64,000 bases of DNA from assembly GCA_963808625.1 (NCBI GenBank), contig CAWEHK010000052.1, forward strand, positions 9,105 to 73,104. The letters are read 5' to 3'. The DNA comes from an uncultured delta proteobacterium. GTDB lineage: Bacteria > Desulfobacterota > Syntrophobacteria > Syntrophobacterales > Syntrophobacteraceae. The position numbers were made by a program, and so were the translations under genes. Every line of letters begins with the position of its first letter. Position 1 is the stretch's first letter. This document shows, piece after piece, positions 1-9,662 of this stretch. The notes beneath the pieces are model-generated. The model had not been told where the DNA came from. It did no database searches and saw only the letters and a list, made by a program, of their open reading frames with translations.

Positions 1-1038
1 CGCCATTGACTATGAGATGCAGGATGAAGTGGTGACCGAGGAGGTCGGCGCGATCATCGTGGCCACGGGTTTTGATCTCTTCGATCACAGTCGCTACGGG
101 GAGTACGGCGGCGGTCGTTATCCGGACGTCATCTCCGGTCTCCAGTACGAACGCATCCTGAGCGCTTCGGGGCCGTTCGGCGGCCATATCCGAAGGCCGT
201 CCGACGGGCGGGAGCCGAAGGACATCGTGTTTATCGCCTGTGTCGGTTCCCGCGATGCCTCGGTGGGACGCCCCTATTGCTCGGGAGTCTGCTGCATGTG
301 TCATCGCCAAGCAGGCCATCCTGACGCGGGACCATTTGCCGGAGTCAAACGCTTACGTGTTCTACATGGACATTCGCGCTCCCGGCGAAGAACTACGACG
401 AATTCGTGCGCAGGGCCCAGGAGGAATACGGCGTCCAGTACATCCGCGGCCGCGTCGGCATGATTTACCCCCGGGGAGACCGCCTGGTGGTCCAGGGGGC
501 TGACACCCTGCTGGGGGTTCAGGTCGAGGTGGAGGCGGACCTGGTGGTGCTGGCGACCGGGATCGAGGCCGCCGCCGGCGCCAGGGAATTGGCTGAAAAA
601 TTGCGAATTTCCTACGACGAATACGGCTTTTTCATGGAGAGCCACCCGAAGCTGCGCCCGGTCGAGACCAATACCGCCGGCGTCTATCTCGCGGGGGTTT
701 GCCAGGGTCCCAAGGACATCCCGGCGGCGGTCGCCCAGGGCAGTGCTGCCGCTTCCAAAGTGCAGGCGCTGTTTGTCAGGGATACCATCGAAACCAGCCC
801 GCAGGTAGCCCTGGTGAGCGAGCGGGCCTGCATCGGCTGCGGCAAGTGCCTCGAGGTTTGTCCGTATGGGGCCATCGCCTGGAAAGAGCTGCGGGGCGGC
901 ATCAAAAAAGCGGATGTACTGCCCAGTGTCTGCCAGGGTTGCGGCTTGTGCAATGCGACCTGCCCGCCCAAAGCCATCCAGTTGCAGCACGCAACGGACG
1001 ACCAGATTCTGGCCGAGGTGAATGAACTGTGCGGCTGA
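1..1038 (+). CDS. hdrA: Heterodisulfide reductase subunit A, C-terminal part (5' end outside window; frameshifts near 300-400)
   Basis: ORFs 17..463, 240..503 and 406..1038 join into one HdrA sequence: GAIIVATGF, CVGSRD, YCSGVCCM, AKQA, FYMDIR, ADLVVLATG, HPKLRPVET, GVCQGPKDI, and two CxxCxxCxxxCP ferredoxin motifs. Confidence 0.92.
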
Positions 1039-1049
1039 CGGTGGTGCGG

Positions 1050-1165
1050 GATGGGGGGACGGGGAGACGCGGGAGAGACGGAGACACGGGGAGAAGGGAG
1101 ACACGGGGAGAGGGAGACAGGGAGAAGCGGGGACGGGGGGATGGAGTGATGGGAAGAGGGGAGCG
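1050..1165 (+). repeat. Purine-rich degenerate tandem repeat (GGGGAGAC/ACGGGGAGA units)
   Basis: ggggagacgcgggagagacggagacacggggagaagggagacacggggagagggagacagggaga between hdrA and flxD. Confidence 0.75.
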
Positions 1166-1184
1166 TTGATCGAGGAAGGAAGCA

Positions 1185-1712
1185 ATGGAGAACGTTAAAG
1201 CCGGTGTAGCAGCCACCGCGAACCAGGGCCTTCGCATTGTCGGCTTTCTGTGTAACTGGTGTTCTTACGGAGGTGCGGATACGGCGGGAGTCTGCCGTTT
1301 CAAACAGCCAACCGACCTGCGCATTATCCGGATTCCGTGCACCGGCCGCATGGACCCCTTATTCGTCGCCAAATCGCTCATCTACGGAGCCGATGGCGTG
1401 CTGGTTTCCGGCTGCCATCCCCGGGACTGTCACTATGCCGTAGGGAATTTTTACGCGCGGCGGCGGCTGGAAGTGCTCAAGCAATTTCTTCCTTTCATGG
1501 GCATCGAGCCGCGCCGGTTTCGCTACACGTGGGTGTCGGCTTCTGAGGGTCAGCGCTGGCAGCAAGTGGTCACTGAATTCTCTGAGGAAATTCGAGAGCT
1601 CGGTCCCAATCCGGGAGTCCGTGGGGTGGGTGATGGGCAGGCGGCGGCGCGACTCGGACTTGCAGACCCTTCGCTTCGGCAAGCCTGGCAATCAGACCGC
1701 AGAGTCCGCTGA
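1185..1712 (+). CDS. flxD: MvhD-family [2Fe-2S] subunit (FlxD)
   Basis: FLCNWCSYGGAD, IRIPCTGR, GADGVLVSGCHPRDCHY, WVSASEG; lies between hdrA and the flx genes. Confidence 0.92.
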   Translation: MENVKAGVAATANQGLRIVGFLCNWCSYGGADTAGVCRFKQPTDLRIIRIPCTGRMDPLFVAKSLIYGADGVLVSGCHPRDCHYAVGNFYARRRLEVLKQFLPFMGIEPRRFRYTWVSASEGQRWQQVVTEFSEEIRELGPNPGVRGVGDGQAAARLGLADPSLRQAWQSDRRVR

Positions 1713-1768
1713 GATCGCAGAGAAAGCCAATGATTCTCTCTGCGGACTCTGTCGCTGCTCGTGTGGTG
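1696..1768. repeat. Dispersed palindromic repeat, family A (ACCGCAGAG...CTCTGCGGT)
   Basis: accgcagagtccgctgagatcgcagag is almost the reverse complement of ctctgcgatctcagcgtgctctgcggt in the copy at 18506-18590. Confidence 0.7.
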
Positions 1769-1864
1769 GAAAAGTAAACATTTGAACCTTAAGGGGCTTG
1801 AAATGAGTGGCCCGCCAGCGCGGGGGCAAGGGCGGCAACGAGGGCGAAAGAACGGGAAGAAAGC

Positions 1865-2845
1865 GTGGCAAAAACCGAGAGAGAATCACAGAGCCGACTA
1901 TTAATCGAGCGCGTGCAGGCCGTGTTACCGGAGCTGGAGGTGGTGATCGGCTGGACCCAGGGGTTTGATCTCCTTCATACGGCCCCGGTCTTCGTGCGCG
2001 ACGCCGCATCGGTGGAGAAGCTCATCTGGAGTCCGTTCTGCGCTCAGAACCTGACCGGCTATCTCGCCAAGACCCCGGCCATCCAAACCACCGACAAGAC
2101 CAAGAAGATCGGCATCTGTGTCAAGGGCTGCGACAGCCGCTCGCTGATTGCGCTCGTCCAGGAGAAGTTTGTCCAACGGGATTCCCTCTACATCCTGGGG
2201 ATTCCCTGTGAGGGCGTGGTGGACTGGCGTCGCGTAAGGCGGCAGTTCCCTCTTGCGCAATTCGGGTCAGCGAGAATAGCAGACGGACACTTGCTGCTCG
2301 AGGGCGGTAGCGAGTCTCACCGCCTCAAGCTCGAAGAGGTGCTTGCGCGCAGGTGCCTGCGGTGCGCCTATCCGAATCCGCTCGTCCACGATGTACTGAT
2401 AGGTGAGCCGGTAACGCCCCGGGTGACGGTCGCAGAGGCTTATCAGGAAGTAGCGGCGCTGGAGCAATTGCCCTTAGCGGAGAGGCTCGATTTCTGGCGC
2501 ACCGAACTGGATCGATGCCTGCGCTGCTATGCCTGCCGCAATGCCTGTCCCCTGTGCGTCTGCCAGGATCGCTGCATTGCCGAAACCCGGGAGCCCAAAT
2601 GGCTTAGCCAGTACGTGAATGTTTCCGAGAAATTCCTCTTTCATTTCATTCACGCGTTGCACCTGGCCGGCAGGTGCACGGAATGCGGCGAATGCGAGCG
2701 CGTCTGTCCCATGGAGATCCCCGTGACCCTCATGAAAGAAAAGCTGAGCCGGATTGTCACGGAACTCCTGGGCTATGAAGCGGGCATCGATCCGGAAGCG
2801 TCTCCCCCGCTGCTCACCTTTTCTCCGGAGGAGAAAGGAATCTAA
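1865..2845 (+). CDS. flxC: 4Fe-4S dicluster protein (FlxC; FrhB/FdhB-like)
   Basis: VKGCDSRS, CLRCYACRNACPLCVC, HLAGRCTECGECERVCP; operon context. Confidence 0.88.
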   Translation: MAKTERESQSRLLIERVQAVLPELEVVIGWTQGFDLLHTAPVFVRDAASVEKLIWSPFCAQNLTGYLAKTPAIQTTDKTKKIGICVKGCDSRSLIALVQEKFVQRDSLYILGIPCEGVVDWRRVRRQFPLAQFGSARIADGHLLLEGGSESHRLKLEEVLARRCLRCAYPNPLVHDVLIGEPVTPRVTVAEAYQEVAALEQLPLAERLDFWRTELDRCLRCYACRNACPLCVCQDRCIAETREPKWLSQYVNVSEKFLFHFIHALHLAGRCTECGECERVCPMEIPVTLMKEKLSRIVTELLGYEAGIDPEASPPLLTFSPEEKGI

Positions 2846-2876
2846 GGAGTTGTCCAAGAATGAGAGATCTTCTTTC

Positions 2877-2955
2877 ACCACGGAAACACACGGAACACCC
2901 GGAAGAACAGGATTGATTCTTTGGTATTTTCCGTGTCTTCCGTGTGGTCCGTGGT
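2877..2955. repeat. Dispersed palindromic repeat, family B (CCACGGAA...TTCCGTGG)
   Basis: accacggaaacacacggaacac ... ttccgtgtcttccgtgtggtccgtggt inverted arms. Confidence 0.7.
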
Positions 2956-3020
2956 TTGAAATAGAGGGTCCCAACGAGAACTGGAGTTTGCGGATTTGTG
3001 CTGAGATGAGGTAACCCGTA

Positions 3021-4105
3021 ATGCCTGGCAAAGTGTATATTGCCGACGAAAATCTGACAAAAGTACTGGCAAAGTGGTCGGAGAACCTGGATCTCTGGGT
3101 GCCGGCGGCATCCGGTACGGACCGGGGGCCAGTCGGAATTCGTGCGCTACCTCCTGGGTAGGCCTTGTCCTGAAACGCCAGAGCCTCATGCCCCCGAAGA
3201 AGATCCTTCTGCCCCAGGGAGAAGCACTCTTTACGTTTGCTTACCGGAAGGACCCGCAGGACCCCTCGAAGAGTGCGCGTGCACCTCGATGATCTCGTCT
3301 CCTCGACCCCTCCCGCCAGACCAGTGCTGGTGTTTGGCGCCTACCCGTGCGATGCTCGAGGGTTTCTCACCTTTGATCGGGTTTTCATCGCCGGCCCTAC
3401 GTCGATGCCATCTACCGCAAGCGCCGTGAGAGTGCCTTTTTTGCCACCCAGCTTTGTGTCGAAGGCGACGAGGCCTGTTTCTGCTCATCCGTCGGCAGCG
3501 GCCCTGCGGATATGGAAGGGAGCGATCTGCGGCTGACGCCCATTGCCGGTGGTTACCTGCTGGAAGCATTGACCGAACGGTCCGCCTTGGTCATCGAAAG
3601 CGTGGCTTCGCTGGCTTCTCCGCCGTCGGCAGCCCAGGAGAAGGAAGCCGCAGAGGCTGTTGCCCAGGCCGCCCGGCAGCGCTGGGGGGAGCCTTTGCCG
3701 GAAGGGATTGCCCGGGATTTTATGGCCCGCTTCGAGGACCGGGGCTACTGGCAGGAGGTGGCGGAATCATGCCTCAGTTGCGGCATCTGTACTTATGTCT
3801 GCCCAACCTGCTACTGTTTCACCATCACCGATGAAATCAAGGATCTGCAGGGAGAACGTCTGCGTTCTTGGGATTCGTGCATGTTTTACCAGTACACGTC
3901 TGAGGCCAGCGGCCACAACCCGCGCCCCACCAAGTTTGAACGCTATCGCAACCGGGTCGGGCATAAGTTCAGTTATATCCCGGAAAAGTACGAAGGCTTG
4001 ATCGGGTGTTGCGGCTGCGGGCGGTGCATTCGCTCCTGCCCCGTTTCCATCGACATCCGCAGGGCCGTGCTGGGGCTCAAGGAGGACGCCTGTGCTTGCG
4101 CTTAA
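3021..4105 (+). CDS. flxB: AsrA-like 4Fe-4S protein (FlxB), several frameshifts in the 5' half
   Basis: ATG at 3021 after GAGG; fragments MPPKKILLPQGEALF, VFGAYPCDARGF, CLSCGICTYVCPTCYCF, RSWDSC, CCGCGRCIRSCP. Confidence 0.85.
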
Positions 4106-4922
4106 CCCCTACTGCCCGGAACTGGCCACGGTCCGGGAGGTTATCCGGGAGACCGCAAACATCCATACGTTGCGCATAGCCCTGGACGATGAGGAAAAGA
4201 TGCGGGCCTTTCAGTTCCGCCCGGGGCAGGTGGCGCAGCTATCCGTTTTCGGCGTCGGCGAGTCGACCTTCGTCATCAATTCCCCGCCCACGCGCAAGGA
4301 CACTCTGCAGGTCAGCGTCATGCGCACCGGCGAAGTCACGAAACGCATCCATCAGCTGAATCCGGGTGACCAGATCGGGGTGCGGGCTCCTCTCGGCAAC
4401 GGCTTTCCGTATGAAGCCATGGAGGGTCGTGACATCCTCTTCATCGGCGGCGGCATCGGCATGGCCCCTCTGCGCACACTGCTCCTCACCATGATTGACC
4501 GCCGCAAAGACTTCGGGGACATCACCGTGATCTATGGCGCGCGCACTCCCCAGGACCTCTGCTACACTTATGAATTCAGTGAATGGCGCGCGGGGAACGT
4601 GAAGCTGGTCCTCACGGTCGACACCGAATCTCCCGGCTGGACCGAGCGGGTGGGCTTCGTGCCGACGGTCCTGGCCGAGGAATCCCCCACCCCCCGCAAC
4701 CGCATCGCCATTGTCTGCGGTCCGCCGATCATGATCAAATTCGTGCTTTTCGGCCTGAAGGAACTGGAATACGAGGACCACCAGATTTTTACGACCCTCG
4801 AGAAACGCATGAAATGCGGCATCGGCATCTGCGGGCGGTGCAATATGGGGTCAAAGTACGTGTGCGTGGACGGGCCGGTATTCAGCATGGAAGAGCTGCG
4901 GGGGATGGCCCCGGAACTGTGA
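4092..4922 (+). CDS. flxA: FAD/NAD(P)-binding oxidoreductase with [2Fe-2S] (FlxA; AsrB/PyrK family)
   Basis: RAPLGNGF, IGGGIGMAPLR, VCGPPIM, MKCGIGICGRC, CVDGPVF. Confidence 0.92.
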   Translation: MLALNPYCPELATVREVIRETANIHTLRIALDDEEKMRAFQFRPGQVAQLSVFGVGESTFVINSPPTRKDTLQVSVMRTGEVTKRIHQLNPGDQIGVRAPLGNGFPYEAMEGRDILFIGGGIGMAPLRTLLLTMIDRRKDFGDITVIYGARTPQDLCYTYEFSEWRAGNVKLVLTVDTESPGWTERVGFVPTVLAEESPTPRNRIAIVCGPPIMIKFVLFGLKELEYEDHQIFTTLEKRMKCGIGICGRCNMGSKYVCVDGPVFSMEELRGMAPEL

Positions 4923-5203
4923 CCTCAGAGCGTAGGATGATAAAAAAACGCCTTCGCATTCACAAACCCGCTCCGAATGATTATATTTGATGGTCGGGAA
5001 AGTCAATCTTTCCTCCTCCTGAGAGAGTCGGGGCACTCCCCTCCGCCCTGGCTCTCTTCAGGTTTAAAGGAGGCTTGTTCCAATCAAAGATCCTCGTTCC
5101 AAGGTCCTTCCCCCCATCGTCAAGGTGCGGGAAACAAAAGTCTCAGGGCCGCGTGGGAAATGAGAGTGATGGTAAAGAAGACTTCATGAAAAAGGAGGAC
5201 ACG

Positions 5204-5698
5204 ATGTCAAAGACCGAAAAGAACCTGAAAGAGGCATTTGCTGGAGAATCCCAAGCCAACCGGAGATATCTGGCTTTTGCCGAAAGGGCGGAGGATGAAT
5301 TTCTCCATGGCGTAGCCAAGCTTTTCCGAGCGGTTGCCGCGGCGGAGACCATCCACGCGCATAAGCACCTGCGTGTTGCCGACGGGGTCAAGAGTACCAA
5401 AGAAAACCTTCAGGAAGCGCTGTCAGGGGAAATGCACGAGTTCAAGAAAATGTATCCTGAGATGATTGCCGATGCGCAGGAAGAAGGCCAAAAATCGGCA
5501 ACGATCAGCTTTACCTACGCCAACGAAGTGGAAAAGGTCCATGCCCAGCTCTATGAAGAGGCCCTGAAGGACCCGGGCAAGTTTCCCGTCAAGGATTACT
5601 ATCTCTGCAAAATCTGCGGCTATACCGTGGCTGACGCGGCGCCTGACAAGTGTCCGGTTTGCGGAGCCAACAAAAAAGCATTTTTCAAGGCCGAGTAG
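5204..5698 (+). CDS. rbr: Rubrerythrin
   Basis: AAGGAGG RBS; NLKEAFAGESQANRRY, AETIHA, EKVHA, C-terminal CKICGY...CPVCGA rubredoxin domain. Confidence 0.95.
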   Translation: MSKTEKNLKEAFAGESQANRRYLAFAERAEDEFLHGVAKLFRAVAAAETIHAHKHLRVADGVKSTKENLQEALSGEMHEFKKMYPEMIADAQEEGQKSATISFTYANEVEKVHAQLYEEALKDPGKFPVKDYYLCKICGYTVADAAPDKCPVCGANKKAFFKAE

Positions 5699-5732
5699 CG
5701 AGGACTTTTTGGGCGGCAGGAAGGACGCGGGA

Positions 5733-6200
5733 TCAACCGCCGAGAGATAGCTGGCGCTCTCGAAACAGCTCAATGTGCTTGCGTTCCTCATTGATAAGTG
5801 CCGTCAGCTGTTCGAGGGTGTTCGAGTCCGTGACAAACGAGGCGATAATCTCGTAAAACATTACGGTATCTTGTTCGAGCCCGATCGCGATCCGGCAGAA
5901 CATCTTAACATCCCGAATGGCATCGAGATCGACTTCATCCATGGAAAAGAGGTGGTCAGCGAGGCCACCTCTGAGCAACGCTCCGCTGAGCTGCTCTGCC
6001 CAACGTTCCTCAGCCCCGTGAGGCAGCGCGCGCTTCATTTTGATGAAGAACTCACGATGGCGCTTTTCCTGCTCAGCAAACCAGAACAGCATTTCCAGGA
6101 GCGCTGGATCAGAAAATTTCGGCATGGCGTTACGGTAAAAATGTTCCCCGTTTTCTTCAATCTGAATGGCAAGGTCAAGGATTTCACTTGCGGAAAACAT
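5733..6200 (-). CDS. Ferritin-like / rubrerythrin-family protein
   Basis: EILDLAIQIEENGEHFY, EKRH, IGLEQDTVMFY, EERKH diiron-type helices. Confidence 0.85.
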   Translation of the reverse strand: MFSASEILDLAIQIEENGEHFYRNAMPKFSDPALLEMLFWFAEQEKRHREFFIKMKRALPHGAEERWAEQLSGALLRGGLADHLFSMDEVDLDAIRDVKMFCRIAIGLEQDTVMFYEIIASFVTDSNTLEQLTALINEERKHIELFRERQLSLGG

Positions 6201-6314
6201 GTTCTGCTCCTCATCCCTGATGTTGGGAAATGATCCTGCTCTCAATGTTTCCGTTTACTTGATGAATTCCTCGCCTGCAAGAGAGAACCGCAAGAGAGAA
6301 CCGCAATAAAGATC

Positions 6315-6343
6315 TTGACAACATTCACCGCTTTGACTACAAG
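6315..6343 (+). promoter_or_regulatory. Putative sigma70 promoter of tRNA-Glu
   Basis: TTGACA-17 nt-TACAAG ending 15 nt before the tRNA. Confidence 0.5.
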
Positions 6344-6358
6344 GACGGCTTACCTTCT

Positions 6359-6436
6359 GTCCCCATCGTCTAGCCCGGTCCAGGACACCGGCCTTTCACG
6401 CCGGCAACACCGGTTCAAATCCGGTTGGGGACGCCA
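6359..6436 (+). tRNA. tRNA-Glu (anticodon TTC)
   Basis: GTCCCCA acceptor pairs with TGGGGAC followed by GCCA; anticodon arm CCGGC-CTTTCAC-GCCGG; T arm with GGTTCAAATCC. Confidence 0.97.
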
Positions 6437-6444
6437 GTGGAATC

Positions 6445-6480
6445 AAAGGGGTTGGCTCACCGCGAGCTGACCCCTTTTTT
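6445..6480 (+). terminator. Rho-independent terminator after tRNA-Glu
   Basis: aaaggggttggctc-accgc-gagctgacccc followed by a T run. Confidence 0.8.
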
Positions 6481-6756
6481 GTTGGTGTGCCCGCAGGACG
6501 TGTTTACAATGAGTAAATTTTTCCAACTGCTACGACATTTATGTCATTGAGAGGTATGTCAAGAGTGTAGACGTGACCCCTCCAAGACTTCTTGATGGGT
6601 ATGAGCGCTGATTTAGGTGCAACACGTGTGAGAGCGTTGCCGAAGCGGCTGCGACCTTCTCGCGGCATAGACCCTTGCTGGACGCGAACATTATGAGCAT
6701 AGTGACGGGAGAGAGTCTGGCCACATCTTCGAGAAATGGGGTGAACCACCAATTCT

Positions 6757-7296
6757 TCAGGGATGGTCGGTGCCATCGGCGGCGGTGTCGCCGCTGAGAT
6801 AAGTCTGGCGAAATTCGGGTTCCTGGAGCAGCAGCAGAATGTGGCTGAGATGGCCAAAACACCCATCGCCATCGAGTGCTTGAATGGCCGCGATGGTTTC
6901 TTGAGCCATTTGCCATACCTGGCGGTGCACGGTGGGGCCGTTTTCACCGCAGCGCACCAACGAATACAGACGCCGGCAACTGAAGGGCCGCACCGGATAG
7001 ATGGCGCAGCTCAGATTGTCCTGTAGGAAGGCACAGCGCGTGTAAATGGACGCTTCTTTCTCCCGGGCGTTCTCTTCGATCAACTCCTGTAATTGGGAAC
7101 GACGCCGAGGGTCCATGCCTTTAAAGTGTTCCAGAATGAGCCAGCCTTCGAGGGTGACGGCATCGACGTTGCCGACGTTGATACAGCAATCGGCGCAGCC
7201 AATGGCGCACACCGCCGTTTCGCGATAGACCCGGGCCTTCTCCTCAAAATCCTGGTAGAGTTCCAGAAGCTTCTTTGCCTTGGTCTCGATATTCAT
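6757..7296 (-). CDS. YkgJ-family cysteine-cluster (CxxxCxxCC) protein
   Basis: CAIGCADCC, CAFL, CAIYPVRPFSCRR. Confidence 0.82.
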   Translation of the reverse strand: MNIETKAKKLLELYQDFEEKARVYRETAVCAIGCADCCINVGNVDAVTLEGWLILEHFKGMDPRRRSQLQELIEENAREKEASIYTRCAFLQDNLSCAIYPVRPFSCRRLYSLVRCGENGPTVHRQVWQMAQETIAAIQALDGDGCFGHLSHILLLLQEPEFRQTYLSGDTAADGTDHP

Positions 7297-7658
7297 TCTA
7301 CTCCCCTCGCATTCAGTTGCGCCGAAGCAGCAGCGCAGGTGGTGGCACAGGAGATCGGTTCCGTACACCCGGCTGCCGGGAAGATTTCGATTGGAAAGAC
7401 TCCTTTGATCGGGTCCATCGCGAGTTCCTTCTGTGATTCACCAGGCTGGTATCCGCTTTGCAGCTGTCTTTGACTTCACCTCACCTTTGTTGAGACAATT
7501 TTCACCGCTTGGCGACCAACCCCGAGCCACCTTACCATAAGGACCGGGGTAGCCTCCAATTCCATACTATGATTCCTGCCCTTGAGGTGCTCACCCCAAG
7601 AGGCAGCTATCGCTGCTCTACCTTCCTCCGATTGCATCGGTCTTCAACGTCAAATCCT

Positions 7659-8042
7659 TCAGACACCACGCGTTGCACCGGAGCGTCTCCACCTTCGCCA
7701 GACCAGCGTGTAAACGATCACATTCGCAGCGACCACGCCGAGTCCAAGCAGTCGCTGAAATGCGCTGGTAAGCCCGAGTGGGTAAATCAGACGGGTCACA
7801 TAGTGTTCGATGAACCCGCCCGCATACCCAGCCTCGCCCGCTTCCTGCAACCACTTGACCTCCAGCGCCGTAAGCGGGCATGTCCGGTCCGTGAACTCGA
7901 TCAACATGCCCCACACCGCTGCCGGAAGATGGAGCCACACCGTCCACCGCCAGCGCAATGCCAACAACCCTCCCAGCATGACAAAAAAGATGAAGGCGAC
8001 GTGGGTGATCAAGACCAGATTGGCAAGGATCAGGCAGCACAC
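7659..8042 (-). CDS. DUF2784-like membrane protein
   Basis: HVAFIFFVMLGG, WLHLPAAVWG, CPLTALE, GFIEHY. Confidence 0.8.
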   Translation of the reverse strand: MCCLILANLVLITHVAFIFFVMLGGLLALRWRWTVWLHLPAAVWGMLIEFTDRTCPLTALEVKWLQEAGEAGYAGGFIEHYVTRLIYPLGLTSAFQRLLGLGVVAANVIVYTLVWRRWRRSGATRGV

Positions 8043-8058
8043 GGTGGTTAGCTCCCTA

Positions 8059-9273
8059 TCAGCATGAGGTCCACGGGATCCGGTTCAGCGCCTGGTCCAG
8101 GTCTTCCCTGAGATCTTCAAAATCTTCGCATCCCACCGAGAGTCTCACCAGTTCATCCGGAATACCCGGCTTCGATCCGCTCCTGGCGTGGAATGGACGT
8201 GTGCGTCATGGAGGCGGGGTGTTCGATGAGGGACTCCACTCCTCCCAGAGAAACGGCCAGGGTGATGAGCTTCACGTTGTTCATGACCGTGACGCCCCCC
8301 TCGAGACCGTTTTTGACGCCGAAACAGATCATGGCTCCGAACCCATCCATCTGCTTTTTCGCGATGGCGTACTGAGGGTGTTCGGGAAGGCCGGGGTATC
8401 TCACCCAACTGACTTTGGGGTGAGTGCTCAGAAACGCGGCGACTCGGCGGGCATTCTCCTGAGCCTTCTCCATGCGCAGGGGCAAGGTGCGGACACCCCG
8501 CAGGATGAGCCACGCCTGGTGGGGGTCCATGGTGCCGCCGAAGAGGTTGAGCATCCTCCGGATTTTCTTGAAATTTTCTTCGTCTTTCGTGACGATCATG
8601 CCTCCCACCACATCGCTGTGGCCATTGATGAATTTGGTGAGGCTGTGGACCACGACATCGGCTCCATGTTCGAGAGGCCGCTGCAGATAGGGGCTCGCAA
8701 AGGTGTTGTCCACCACGAGAACGGCCCCTTGTTGATGAGCGATTTGCGCTGCGGCTTCAAGGTCTGTCAGGATCATGGTGGGGTTGGTGGGGCGTTTCGA
8801 CGAAAACCATAACGCGTTTCTGGGCCCAAGGCTTGTCGGATCTTCTCGGGATCGGAGCTGTCCACAAAGGTGGTCCGGACTCCGAAGCGGGGCAATTCCA
8901 TTTCCAGGAGCACCCGCGTCGCACCATACACGGAAGCCGTTGATACCACGTGAGCGTGCTGGTGGAGGTAAGTCATGAACACGGTGCCGATGGCCGCCAT
9001 TCCCGTGGCGGTGGCCATTCCGCCGAAGCCCGCTTCGAGAGAGACGACATTAGCCTCGAGGGCATTGACCGTCGGGTTGTTCAGGCGGGTATAAATGAAT
9101 CCGGGACGTTTGCCGGAAAAACGAGCGGCGCCCTCTTCCGCATTGGGGAAGGCGAAAGTGGAGCTCTGAAAAATGGGAACGGAGACCTCTCCAAACAGTG
9201 AATCCTTGAGTTTCCCCATGTGGATGGCCCGGGTGGATTTGCCCATGGAGCGAGGAAGCTCTTTTCTTTTCAT
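8059..9273 (-). CDS. PLP-dependent trans-sulfuration enzyme, probably methionine gamma-lyase (frameshifted)
   Basis: VPIFQSSTF, YTRLNNPT, ATGMAAI, VVDNTFASP, HSLTKFINGHSD, AVSLGGVESLIEHPASMTH, LVRLSVGCED across three frames. Confidence 0.85.
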
Positions 9274-9584
9274 ATCTCGGCTCCCGATCGGTAAGGGAAT
9301 GAAGTTTGCTAAATGTATTTCTTTTATAAGAACGCACGGGGGGGCTTTGCAATGGAAAACCGAAGGAAAACTGCCATGGCGGGAGAGGGTTTTCATTGCC
9401 TCCGTCAGGCCTGTGATTCTTGAGAAACCGCTTTCCAGCAAACAAGTATTAAGGATTCATTGGATTGCAGGCATGTGCCATGGAGGCACTGGGACCAAGT
9501 TTTGCTGCGCAGGCGGATTATAGATTGTTTTTATTAAATAAATCGATATTATATGAACGTTGAGCAATTCATTATCACCTTCCA

Positions 9585-9614
9585 TTGACAAGACCTCGCC
9601 TTCCACTCTAAGAT
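9585..9614 (+). promoter_or_regulatory. Putative sigma70 promoter of aor
   Basis: TTGACA-18 nt-TAAGAT upstream of the GAGGAGGAG RBS. Confidence 0.45.
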
Positions 9615-9662
9615 TCCGGTCAACAGGATAAAGCTTACCATTTCATTAATGAGGAGGAGAAC

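Noticed and set aside
1185..1712. Selenocysteine in FlxD or the visible part of HdrA
   Set aside because: The relevant motifs are encoded by TGT/TGC; no in-frame TGA is seen
6277..6306. 13-bp tandem duplication GCAAGAGAGAACC upstream of the tRNA promoter
   Set aside because: Only two copies; could be slippage or an assembly artefact, with no functional evidence
9465..9480. Sigma54 promoter (minus strand TGGCACATGCCTGCAA) for the Met gamma-lyase gene
   Set aside because: The GG-to-GC spacing is one base short of the strict -24/-12 rule; it would only be valid if an indel error is present
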